Shown here: in pieces, positions 39,101 through 52,460 of the stretch | Layout: each line of letters starts with the position of its first letter | How positions within the stretch are numbered: position 1 is the stretch's first letter | Assembly: GCA_964016885.1 (NCBI GenBank) | Contig: OZ024744.1 | Coordinates: 10,478,001-10,542,000, forward strand | Direction of reading: 5' to 3' | DNA length: 64,000 nt | Source: Eledone cirrhosa | Lineage: Eukaryota | The notes under the pieces: model-generated | The model's input: only the letters and a program-made list of their open reading frames with translations | Told to the model about the DNA's origin: nothing | Database searches by the model: none | Translations under genes and position numbers: made by a program

Positions 39101-39720
39101 TCTTGTGTTGTTATACTCCAATATGTTGTGTTGTTGTACTCCAATATGTTGTGTTGTTATACTCCAATATGTTGTGTTGTGATACTCCAATATGTTGTGC
39201 TGTTGTACTCCAATATGTTGTGTTGTTATACTCCAATATGTTGTGTTGTTTTACTCCAATATGTTGTGTTGTTGTACTCCAATATGTTGTATTGTTGTTC
39301 TCCAATATGTCGTTGTTATACTCCAATATGTCATGTTGTTGTACTCCAATATGTCGTATTGTTGTACTCCAATATGTTTTGATGTTGTACTCCAATATGT
39401 TGTGTTGTTGTACTCCAATATGTTGTGTAGTCGTACTCCAATATGTTGTATTGTTATACTCCAATATGTTGTGCTGTTGTACTCCAATATGTTTTGATGT
39501 TGTACTCCAATATATTGTGTTGCTGTACTCCAATATGTCGTGTAGTCGTACTCCAATATGTTGTGTTGTTGTACTCCAATATGCTGTGATGTTGTCCTCC
39601 AATATGATGTGCTGTTGTACTCCAATGCGTTGTGTTGTTGTACTCCAATATGCTGTGTTGTTATACTCCAATATGTTGTGTTGTTATACTCCAATATGTT
39701 GTGTTGGTGTAATCCAATAT
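30170..39720 (+). repeat. About 9.6-kb higher-order unit (blocks A+B), repeated at about 51,120-60,740 and restarting at about 60,740 to the window end
   Basis: ORF pairs 33018..33986/53969..54937 (offset 20,951), 34156..35208/55176..56228 (21,020), 38186..39382/59205..60401 (21,019), 30174/60741 (30,567) and 31811..32311/62383..62883. Confidence 0.92.
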
Positions 39721-42700
39721 CTTGTGTTATTTTACTCCAATATGTTGTGTTGTTGTACTCCAATATGTTGTGTTGTTGTACTCCAATATGTTGTGTTGTT
39801 GTAATCCAATATCTTGTGTTGTTATACTCCAATATGTTGTGCTGTTGTACTCCAATATGTTGACTTGTTATACTCCAATATGTAGTGTTGTTATACTCCA
39901 ATATGTTGTGTTGTTGTACTCCAATCTGTTGCGTTATACTCCAATATGTTGTGTTGTTATACTCCAATATGTTATGTTGTTATACTCCAATATGTTGTGT
40001 TGTTGTACTCCAATATGTTGTGTTGTTGTAATCCAATATCTTGTGTTGTTATACTCCAATATGTTGTGTTGTTGTACTCCAATATGTTGTGTTGTTGTTC
40101 TCCAATATGTTGTTATACTCCAATATGTTGTGTTGTGATACTCCAATATGTCATGTTGTTGTACTCCAGTATGTCTTGTTATACTCCAATATGTCGTGTT
40201 GCTGTACTACAATATGTCATGATGTTGTACTCCAATATGTTTTGCTGTTGTACTCCACTGTGTTGTGTTGTTGAACTCCAATATGTTGTGTTGTTGTTCT
40301 CCAATATTTTGTGATGTTGTACTCCAATGGGTTGTGTTGTTATACTCCAATATGTTGTGTTGTTATACTCCAATATGTTGTGTTGTTGTACTCCAATATG
40401 TTGTGCTGTTGTACTCCAATATTTCGTGTTGTTGTACTCCATACGTCGTGTTGTTGTACTCCAATATGTTTTGATGTTGTACTCCAATATGTTGTGTTGT
40501 TGTACTCCAATATGTTGTGTTGTTGTACTCCAATATGTTTTGATGTTGTACTCCAATATGTTGTGTTGTTGTACTCCAATATGTCGTGTAGTCGTACTCC
40601 AATATGTTGTGTTGTTGTACTCCAATATGCTGTGATGTTGTACTCCAATGTGATGTGATGTTGTACTCCAATGCGCTGTGTTGTTGTACTCCAATGTGAT
40701 GTGTTGTTGTACTCCAATATGTTGTGCCGTTGTACTCCAATATTTTTTATTTTTGTACTCCAATATGTTGTGTTGTTATACTCCAATATGTTGTGTTGTT
40801 ATACTCCAATATGTTGTGCTGTTGTACTCCAAATCTCGTGTTGTTATACTCCAATGTGTTGTGTTGTTATACTCGAATATGGTGTGTTGTTGTACTCCAA
40901 TATGTTGTATTGTTTTTTTTCCAATATGTCATGTTATACTCCAATATGTTGTGTTCGTGTACTCCAATATGTTGTGTTATTGTACTCCAATATGTTGTGT
41001 TGTTATACTCCAATATGTTGTGTTGTTATACTCCAATATGTTGTGTTGTTGTACTCCAATATGTTGTCTTGTTGTACTCCAAAAGGCCATGTTATCGTAC
41101 TCCAATATGTCTTGTTATACCCCAATATGTCGTGTGGCTGTACTCCAATATGTCATGTTGTTGTACTCCAATATGTCTTGTTATAGTCCAATATGTCGTG
41201 TTGTTGTACTCCAATATGTCATGTAGTTGTATTCCAATATTTCGTGTTGTTGTACCCCAATATGTCGTGTTGTTTATACTCCAATATGTTTTGCTGTTGT
41301 ACTCCAATATGTTGTGTTGCTGTACTCCAATATGTTATGTTGTTATACTCCAATATGTTGTGCTGTGCTACTCCAATATATTGTGTTGTTGTACTCCAAT
41401 GTGTTGTGTTGTTATACTCCAATATGTTGTGTTGATTTACTCCAATATGTTGTGTTGTTGTACTCCAATCTGTTGTGTTGTTATACTCCAATATGTTGTG
41501 TTGTTATACTCCAATATGTTGTGTTGTTTTACTCCAATATGTTGTGTTGTTGTACTCCAATATGTTGTGTTGTTGTACTCCAATATGTTGTGTTGTTGTA
41601 ATCCAATATCTTGTGTTGTTATACTCCAATATGTTGTGTTGTTGTACTCCAATATGTTGTGTTGTTATACTCCAATATGTTGTGTTGTGATACTCCAATA
41701 TGTTGTGCTGTTGTACTCCAATATGTTGTGTTGTTATACTCCAATATGTTGTGTTGTTTTACTCCAATATGTTGTGTTGTTGTACTCCAATATGTTGTAT
41801 TGTTGTTCTCCAATATGTCGTTGTTATACTCCAATATGTCATGTTGTTGTACTCCAATATGTCGTATTATTGTACTCCAATATGTTTTGATGTTGTACTC
41901 CAATATATTGTGTTGCTGTACTCCAATATGTCGTGTAGTCGTACTCCAATATGTTGTGTTGTTGTACTCCAATATGCTGTGATGTTGTCCTCCAATATGA
42001 TGTGCTGTTGTACTCCAATGCGTTGTGTTGTTGTACTCCAATATGCTGTGTTGTTATACTCCAATATGTTGTGTTGTTATACTCCAATATGTTGTGTTGG
42101 TGTAATCCAATATCTTGTGTTATTTTACTCCAATATGTTGTGTTGTTGTACTCCAATATGTTGTGTTGTTGTACTCCAATATGTTGTGTTGTTGTAATCC
42201 AATATCTTGTGTTGTTATACTCCAATATGTTGTGCTGTTGTACTCCAATATGTTGAGTTGTTATACTCCAATATGTAGTGTTGTTATACTCCAATATGTT
42301 GTGTTGTTGTACTCCAATCTGTTGCGTTATACTCCAATATGTTGTGTTGTTATACTCCAATATGTTATGTTGTTATACTCCAATATGTTGTGTTGTTTTA
42401 CTCCAATATGTTGTATTGTTGATCTCCAATATGTCATATTATACTCCATTAAGTTGTGTTCTTGTACTCCAATATGTTTTGTTGTTGTACTCCAATATGT
42501 TGCTTTGTTGTACTCCAATATATCATGTTGTCGTACTCCAATATGTCATGTTATACTCCAATATGTTTTGATGATGTACTCCAATATGTTGTGTTGTTGT
42601 ACTACAATATGTTGTGTTGTTGTACTCCAATATGTTGTGTTGTTATACTCCAATATGTTGTGCTGTTGTACTCCAATATGTCATGTTGTTGTACTCCAGT

Positions 42701-45700
42701 ATGTCTTGTTATACTCCAATATGTCGTGTTGCTGTACTCCAATATGTCATGCTGTTGTACTCCAATATTTCGTGTCGTTGTACTCCAATATGTCGTGCTT
42801 TTGTACTCCAATATGTTTTGCTGTTGTACTCCACTGTGTTGTGTTGTTGAACTCCAATATGTTGTGTTGTTGTTCTCCAATATTTTGTGATGTTGTACTC
42901 CAATGTGTTGTGTTGTTATACTCCGATATGTTGTGTTGTGATACTCCAATGTGTTGTTTTGTTGTACTCCAATATGTTGTGTTGTTGTACTCCAATATGT
43001 TGTGTTGTTATACTCCAATGTGGTGTGCTGTTGTAATCCAATATGTTGTGTTGTACTCCAATATGTTGTGTTGTTATACTCCAATATGTAGTGTTGTTAT
43101 ACTCCAATATGTTATGATGTTGTACTGCAATATATTGTGTTGTTGTACTCCAATATGTCTTGTTATAGTCCAATATGTCGTGTTGTTGTACTCCAATATG
43201 TCATGCTGTTGTACTCCAATTTTTTCGTGTTGTTGTACCCCAATATGTCGTGTTGATTATACTACAATTTTTGTTGCTGTTGTACTCCAATATGTTGTGT
43301 TGTTGTACTCTAATATGTTGTGTTGTTATTCTCCAATATGTTGTGCTGTTGTACTCCAATGTGTTATGTTGTTATACTCCAATATGTTGTGCTGTGATAC
43401 TCCAATATGTTGTGTTGTTGTACTCCAATCTGTTGTGTTGTTATACTCCAATATGTTGTGTTGTTATACTCCAATATGTTGTTTTACTCCAATATGTTGT
43501 GTTGTTGTACTCCAATATGTTGTGTTGTAGTACTCCAATATGTTGTGTTGTTGTAATCCAATATCTTGTGTTGTTATACTCCAATATGTTGTGTTGTTGT
43601 ACTCCAATATGTTGTGTTGTTGTTCTCCAATATGTTGTGTTGTTATACTCCAATATGTTGTGTTATGATACTCCAATATGTTGTGCTGTTGTACTCCAAT
43701 ATGTTGTGTTGTCGTACTCCAATATGTGATGTTGTACTCCAATATGTCCTGCTGTTATACTCCAATATGTTGTGTTGTTATACTCCAATATGTCATGGTG
43801 TTGTACTTCAATATGTCGTGTTGTTGTACTCCAATATGTTGAGTTGTTGTACTCCAATACGCGATGCTGTTGTACTCCAATATGTTGTGTTGTTGTACTC
43901 CAATATCTTGTGTTGTTATACTCCAATATGTTGTGTTGTTATACTCCAATATGTTGTGTTTTTGTACTCCAACATGTTGTGCTGCTGTACTCCAATATGA
44001 TGTGTTGTTGTACTCCAATATGATATGCTGTTGTACTCCAATGTGTTGTGTTGTTGTACTCCAATATGGTGTGCTGTTGTACTCCAAATCTCGTGTTGTT
44101 ATACTCCAATGCGTTGTGTTGTTGTACTCCAATATGCTGTGTTGTTATACTCCAATATGTTGTGTTGTTATACTCCAATATGTTGTGTTGTTGTACTCCA
44201 ATATGTTGTGTGGTTGTAATCCAATATCTTGTGTTGTTATACACCAATATGTTGTGCTGTTGTACTCCAATATGTTGAGTTGTTATACTCCAATATGTAG
44301 TGTTGTTATACTCCAATATTTTGTGTTGTTGTACTCCAATCTGTTGCGTTATACTCCAATATGTTGTGTTGTTATACTCCAATATGTTTTGATGCTGTAC
44401 TCCAATATGTTGTGTTGTTGTACTACAATATGTTGTGTTGTTGTACTCCAATATGTTGTGTTGTTATACTCCAATATGTTGTGCTGTTGTACTCCAATAT
44501 GTTGTGTTGTTGTACTCCAATCTGTTGTGTTGTTATACTCCAATATATTGTGTTGTTATACTCCAATATGTTGTGTTGTTTTACTCCAATATATTGTGTT
44601 GCTGTACTCCAAAATGTTGTATTGTTGTTCTCCAATATGTCATGTTATACTCCAATAAGTTGTGTTCTTGTACTCCAATATGTTGTGTTGTTGTACTCCA
44701 ATATGTTGTGTTGTTGTAGTCCAATATATCATGTTGTCGTACTCCAATATGTCATGTTATACTCCAATATGTCGTTGTTATACTCCAATAGGTCATGATG
44801 TTGTACTCCAATATGTCGTGTTGTCGTACTCCAATATGTTGTGTTGTTGTACTCCAATATGTTGTGCTGTTGTACTCCAATATGTTGTGTTGTTGTACTC
44901 CAATATGTTGTGTTGTTATACTCCAATATGTTGTGCTGTTGTACTCCAATATTTCGTGTTGTTGTACTCCAATACGTCGTGTTATACTCCAATATGTTGT
45001 ATTGTTATACTCCAATATGTTATGTTATTGTACTCCAATATGTCTTGTTGTTGTACTCCAATATGTTTTGATGTTGTACTCCAATATGTTGTGTTGTTAT
45101 ACTCCAATATGTTGTGTTGTTGTACTCCAATATGTTGTGTTGTGATACTCCAATATGTTGTGCTGTTGTACTCCAATATGTTGAGTTGTTATACTCCAAT
45201 ATGTAGTGTTGTTATACTTCAATATGTTGTGTTGTTGTACTCCAATATGTTGTGTTGTACTCCAATATGTTATGTTGTTGTACTCCAATATGTGATGTTG
45301 TTGTACTCCAATATGTCGCGTTGTTGTACTCCAATATGTTGTGTTGTTATACTCCAATATTTCGTGTTGTTTTACTCCAATATGTCATGTTGTTGTACTC
45401 CAGTATGTCTTGTTATACTCCAATATGTCGTGTTGCTGTACTCCAATATGTCATGCTGTTGTACTCCAATATGTTTTGCTGTTGTACTCCACTGTGTTGT
45501 GTTGTTGAACTCCAATATGTTGTGTTGTTGTTCTCCAATATTTTGTGCTGTTGTACTCCAATTTGTGTTGTTATACTCCAATATGTTGTGTTGTTGTACT
45601 CCAATATGTTGTGTTGTTGTACTCCAATATGTTGTGTTGTTATACTCCAATATGTTGTTCTGTTGTACTCCAATATTTCGTGTTGTTGTACTCCAATACG

Positions 45701-48700
45701 TCGTGTTGTTGTACTCCAATATGTTTTGATGTTGTACTCCAATATGTTGTGTTGTTGTACTCCAATATGTTTTGATGTTGTACTCCAATATGTTGTGCTG
45801 TTGTACTCCAATATGTGGTGTAGTCGTACTCCAATATGTTGTGTTGTTGTACTCCAATATGCTGTGATGTTGTACTCCAATATGATGTGATGTTGTACTC
45901 CAATGTGCTGTGTTGTTGTACTCCAATGTGATCTGTTGTTGTACTTCAATATGTTGTGCCGTTATACTCCAATATTTTTTTATTTTTGTACTCCAATATG
46001 TTGTGTTGTTATACTCCAATATGTTGTGTTGTTATACTCCAATATGTTGTGCTGTTGTACTCCAAATCTCGTGTTGTTATACTCCAATGTGTTGTGTTGT
46101 TATACTCCAATATGGTGTGTTGTTGTACTCCAATATGTTGTATTGTTTTTTTCCAATATGTCATGTTATACTCCAATATGTTGTGTTCGTATACTCCAAT
46201 ATGTTGTGTTATTGTACTCCAATATGTTGCGTTGTTGTACTCCAATATGTTGTGTTGTTATACTCCAATATGTTGTGTTGTTGTACTCCAATATGTTGTC
46301 TTGTTGTACTCCAAAAGGCCATGTTATCGTACTCCAATATGTCTTGTTATACTCCAATATGTCGTGTGGCTGTACTCCAATATGTCATGTTGTTGTACTC
46401 CAATATGTCTTGTTATAGTCCAATATGTCGTGTTGTTGTACTCCAATATGTTATGTAGTAGTATTCCAATATTTCGTGTTGTTGTACCCCAATATGTCGT
46501 GTTGTTTATACTCCAATATGTTTTGCTGTTGTACTCCAATATGTTGTGTTGTTATACTCCAATATGTTGTGTTGTTGTACTCCAATATGTTGTCTTGTTG
46601 TACTCCAAAAGGCCATGTTATCGTACTCCAATATGTCTTGTTATACTCCAATATGTCGTGTGGCTGTACTCCAATATGTCATGTTGTTGTACTCTAGTAT
46701 GTCTTGTTATACTCCAATATATCGTGTTGCTGTACTCCAATATGTCATGCTGTTGTACTCCAATATGTTTTGCTGTTGTACTCCACTGTGTTGTGTTGTT
46801 GAACTCCAATATGTTGTGTTGTTGTTCTCCAATATTTTGTGCTGTTGTACTCCAATTTGTGTTGTTGTACTCCAATATGTTGTGTTGTTGTACTCCAATA
46901 TGTTGTGTTGTTGTACTCCAATATGTTGTGTTGTTATACTCCAATATGTTGTGCTGTTGTACTCCAATATTTCGTGTTGTTGTACTCCATACGTCGTGTT
47001 GTTGTACTCCAATATGTTTTGATGTTGTACTCCAATATGTTGTGTTGTTGTACTCCAATATGTTTTGATGTTGTACTCCAATAAGTTGTGTTGTTGTACT
47101 CCAATATGTCGTGTAGTCGTACTCCAATATGTTGTGTTCTTGTACTCCAATATGCTGTGATGTTGTACTCCAATGTGATGTGATGTTGTACTCCAATGCG
47201 CTGTGTTGTTGTACTCCAATGTGATGTGTTGTTGTACTCCAATATGTTGTGCCGTTGTACTCCAATATTTTTTTATTTTTGTACTCCAATATGTTGTGTT
47301 GTTATACTCCAATATGTTGTGCTGTTGTACTCCAAATCTCGTGTTGTTATACTCCAATGTGTTGTGTTGTTATACTCGAATATGGTGTGTTGTTGTACTC
47401 CAATATGTTGTATTGTTTTTTTCCAATATGTCATGTTATACTCCAATATGTTGTGTTCGTGTACTCCAATATGTTGTGTTATTGTACTCCAATATGTTGT
47501 GTTGTTATACTCCAATATGTTGTGTTGTTATACTCCAATATGTTGTGTTGTTGTACTCCAATATGTTGTCTTGTTGTACTCCAAAAGGCCATGTTATCGT
47601 ACTCCAATATGTCTTGTTATACCCCAATATGTCGTGTGGCTGTACTCCAATATGTCATGTTGTTGTACTCCAATATGTCTTGTTATAGTCCAATATGTCG
47701 TGTTGTTGTACTCCAATATGTCATGTAGTTGTATTCCAATATTTCGTGTTGTTGTACCCCAATATGTCGTGTTGTTTATACTCCAATATGTTTTGCTGTT
47801 GTACTCCAATATGTTGTGTTGCTGTACTCCAATATGTTATGTTGTTATACTCCAATATGTTGTGCTGTGCTACTCCAATATATTGTGTTGTTGTACTCCA
47901 ATGTGTTGTGTTGTTATACTCCAATATGTTGTGTTGATTTACTCCAATATGTTGTGTTGTTGTACTCCAATCTGTTGTGTTGTTATACTCCAATATGTTG
48001 TGTTGTTATACTCCAATATGTTGTGTTGTTTTACTCCAATATGTTGTGTTGTTGTACTCCAATATGTTGTGTTGTTGTACTCCAATATGTTGTGTTGTTG
48101 TAATCCAATATCTTGTGTTGTTATACTCCAATATGTTGTGTTGTTGTACTCCAATATGTTGTGTTGTTATACTCCAATATGTTGTGTTGTGATACTCCAA
48201 TATGTTGTGCTGTTGTACTCCAATATGTTGTGTTGTTATACTCCAATATGTTGTGTTGTTTTACTCCAATATGTTGTGTTGTTGTACTCCAATATGTTGT
48301 ATTGTTGTTCTCCAATATGTCGTTGTTATACTCCAATATGTCATGTTGTTGTACTCCAATATGTCGTATTGTTGTACTCCAATATGTTTTGATGTTGTAC
48401 TCCAATATGTTGTGTTGTTGTACTCCAATATGTTGTGTAGTCGTACTCCAATATGTTGTATTGTTATACTCCAATATGTTGTGCTGTTGTACTCCAATAT
48501 GTTTTGATGTTGTACTCCAATATATTGTGTTGCTGTACTCCAATATGTCGTGTAGTCGTACTCCAATATGTTGTGTTGTTGTACTCCAATATGCTGTGAT
48601 ATTGTCCTCCAATATGATGTGCTGTTGTACTCCAATGCGTTGTGTTGTTGTACTCCAATATGCTGTGTTGTTATACTCCAATATGTTGTGTTGTTATACT

Positions 48701-51700
48701 CCAATATGTTGTGTTGGTGTAATCCAATATCTTGTGTTATTTTACTCCAATATGTTGTGTTGTTGTACTCCAATATGTTGTGTTGTTGTACTCCAATATG
48801 TTGTGTTGTTGTAATCCAATATCTTGTGTTGTTATACTCCAATATGTTGTGCTGTTGTACTCCAATATGTTGACTTGTTATACTCCAATATGTAGTGTTG
48901 TTATACTCCAATATGTTGTGTTGTTGTACTCCAATCTGTTGCGTTATACTCCAATATGTTGTGTTGTTATACTCCAATATGTTATGTTGTTATACTCCAA
49001 TATGTTGTGTTGTTGTACTCCAATATGTTGTGTTGTTGTAATCCAATATCTTGTGTTGTTATACTCCAATATGTTGTGTTGTTGTACTCCAATATGTTGT
49101 GTTGTTGTTCTCCAATATGTTGTTATACTCCAATATGTTGTGTTGTGATACTCCAATATGTCATGTTGTTGTACTCCAGTATGTCTTGTTATACTCCAAT
49201 ATGTCGTGTTGCTGTACTACAATATGTCATGATGTTGTACTCCAATATGTTTTGCTGTTGTACTCCACTGTGTTGTGTTGTTGAACTCCAATATGTTGTG
49301 TTGTTGTTCTCCAATATTTTGTGATGTTGTACTCCAATGGGTTGTGTTGTTATACTCCAATATGTTGTGTTGTTATACTCCAATATGTTGTGTTGTTGTA
49401 CTCCAATATGTTGTGCTGTTGTACTCCAATATTTCGTGTTGTTGTACTCCATACGTCGTGTTGTTGTACTCCAATATGTTTTGATGTTGTACTCCAATAT
49501 GTTGTGTTGTTGTACTCCAATATGTTGTGTTGTTGTACTCCAATATGTTTTGATGTTGTACTCCAATATGTTGTGTTGTTGTACTCCAATATGTCGTGTA
49601 GTCGTACTCCAATATGTTGTGTTGTTGTACTCCAATATGCTGTGATGTTGTACTCCAATGTGATGTGATGTTGTACTCCAATGCGCTGTGTTGTTGTACT
49701 CCAATGTGATGTGTTGTTGTACTCCAATATGTTGTGCCGTTGTACTCCAATATTTTTTATTTTTGTACTCCAATATGTTGTGTTGTTATACTCCAATATG
49801 TTGTGTTGTTATACTCCAATATGTTGTGCTGTTGTACTCCAAATCTCGTGTTGTTATACTCCAATGTGTTGTGTTGTTATACTCGAATATGGTGTGTTGT
49901 TGTACTCCAATATGTTGTATTGTTTTTTTTCCAATATGTCATGTTATACTCCAATATGTTGTGTTCGTGTACTCCAATATGTTGTGTTATTGTACTCCAA
50001 TATGTTGTGTTGTTATACTCCAATATGTTGTGTTGTTATACTCCAATATGTTGTGTTGTTGTACTCCAATATGTTGTCTTGTTGTACTCCAAAAGGCCAT
50101 GTTATCGTACTCCAATATGTCTTGTTATACCCCAATATGTCGTGTGGCTGTACTCCAATATGTCATGTTGTTGTACTCCAATATGTCTTGTTATAGTCCA
50201 ATATGTCGTGTTGTTGTACTCCAATATGTCATGTAGTTGTATTCCAATATTTCGTGTTGTTGTACCCCAATATGTCGTGTTGTTTATACTCCAATATGTT
50301 TTGCTGTTGTACTCCAATATGTTGTGTTGCTGTACTCCAATATGTTATGTTGTTATACTCCAATATGTTGTGCTGTGCTACTCCAATATATTGTGTTGTT
50401 GTACTCCAATGTGTTGTGTTGTTATACTCCAATATGTTGTGTTGATTTACTCCAATATGTTGTGTTGTTGTACTCCAATCTGTTGTGTTGTTATACTCCA
50501 ATATGTTGTGTTGTTATACTCCAATATGTTGTGTTGTTTTACTCCAATATGTTGTGTTGTTGTACTCCAATATGTTGTGTTGTTGTACTCCAATATGTTG
50601 TGTTGTTGTAATCCAATATCTTGTGTTGTTATACTCCAATATGTTGTGTTGTTGTACTCCAATATGTTGTGTTGTTATACTCCAATATGTTGTGTTGTGA
50701 TACTCCAATATGTTGTGCTGTTGTACTCCAATATGTTGTGTTGTTATACTCCAATATGTTGTGTTGTTTTACTCCAATATGTTGTGTTGTTGTACTCCAA
50801 TATGTTGTATTGTTGTTCTCCAATATGTCGTTGTTATACTCCAATATGTCATGTTGTTGTACTCCAATATGTCGTATTATTGTACTCCAATATGTTTTGA
50901 TGTTGTACTCCAATATATTGTGTTGCTGTACTCCAATATGTCGTGTAGTCGTACTCCAATATGTTGTGTTGTTGTACTCCAATATGCTGTGATGTTGTCC
51001 TCCAATATGATGTGCTGTTGTACTCCAATGCGTTGTGTTGTTGTACTCCAATATGCTGTGTTGTTATACTCCAATATGTTGTGTTGTTATACTCCAATAT
51101 GTTGTGTTGGTGTAATCCAATATCTTGTGTTATTTTACTCCAATATGTTGTGTTGTTGTACTCCAATATGTTGTGTTGTTGTACTCCAATATGTTGTGTT
51201 GTTGTAATCCAATATCTTGTGTTGTTATACTCCAATATGTTGTGCTGTTGTACTCCAATATGTTGAGTTGTTATACTCCAATATGTAGTGTTGTTATACT
51301 CCAATATGTTGTGTTGTTGTACTCCAATCTGTTGCGTTATACTCCAATATGTTGTGTTGTTATACTCCAATATGTTATGTTGTTATACTCCAATATGTTG
51401 TGTTGTTTTACTCCAATATGTTGTATTGTTGATCTCCAATATGTCATATTATACTCCATTAAGTTGTGTTCTTGTACTCCAATATGTTTTGTTGTTGTAC
51501 TCCAATATGTTGCTTTGTTGTACTCCAATATATCATGTTGTCGTACTCCAATATGTCATGTTATACTCCAATATGTTTTGATGATGTACTCCAATATGTT
51601 GTGTTGTTGTACTACAATATGTTGTGTTGTTGTACTCCAATATGTTGTGTTGTTATACTCCAATATGTTGTGCTGTTGTACTCCAATATGTCATGTTGTT

Positions 51701-52460
51701 GTACTCCAGTATGTCTTGTTATACTCCAATATGTCGTGTTGCTGTACTCCAATATGTCATGCTGTTGTACTCCAATATTTCGTGTCGTTGTACTCCAATA
51801 TGTCGTGCTTTTGTACTCCAATATGTTTTGCTGTTGTACTCCACTGTGTTGTGTTGTTGAACTCCAATATGTTGTGTTGTTGTTCTCCAATATTTTGTGA
51901 TGTTGTACTCCAATGTGTTGTGTTGTTATACTCCGATATGTTGTGTTGTGATACTCCAATGTGTTGTTTTGTTGTACTCCAATATGTTGTGTTGTTGTAC
52001 TCCAATATGTTGTGTTGTTATACTCCAATGTGGTGTGCTGTTGTAATCCAATATGTTGTGTTGTACTCCAATATGTTGTGTTGTTATACTCCAATATGTA
52101 GTGTTGTTATACTCCAATATGTTATGATGTTGTACTGCAATATATTGTGTTGTTGTACTCCAATATGTCTTGTTATAGTCCAATATGTCGTGTTGTTGTA
52201 CTCCAATATGTCATGCTGTTGTACTCCAATTTTTTCGTGTTGTTGTACCCCAATATGTCGTGTTGATTATACTACAATTTTTGTTGCTGTTGTACTCCAA
52301 TATGTTGTGTTGTTGTACTCTAATATGTTGTGTTGTTATTCTCCAATATGTTGTGCTGTTGTACTCCAATGTGTTATGTTGTTATACTCCAATATGTTGT
52401 GCTGTGATACTCCAATATGTTGTGTTGTTGTACTCCAATCTGTTGTGTTGTTATACTCCA
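35100..52460 (+). repeat. Tandem duplication with a period of about 9,010 bp (about 35,100-43,450 versus about 44,110-52,460)
   Basis: ORF pairs 35651..36718/44662..45729 (offset 9,011), 38186..39382/47196..48392, 40724..41890/49734..50900 and 42278..42571/51288..51581 (offset 9,010). The 1-bp offset change is explained by an extra T at about 36,975. Confidence 0.95.
37950..42380 (+). repeat. Internal duplication of about 2.4-2.5 kb nested inside the 9,010-bp unit (also present at about 46,960-51,390)
   Basis: ORF pairs 38685/41193 and 38719/41227 (offset 2,508) and 39558/41951 (offset 2,393, which is 2,508 minus 5x23). The same offsets appear in the second copy (47695/50203, 48568/50961). 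Confidence 0.88.
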
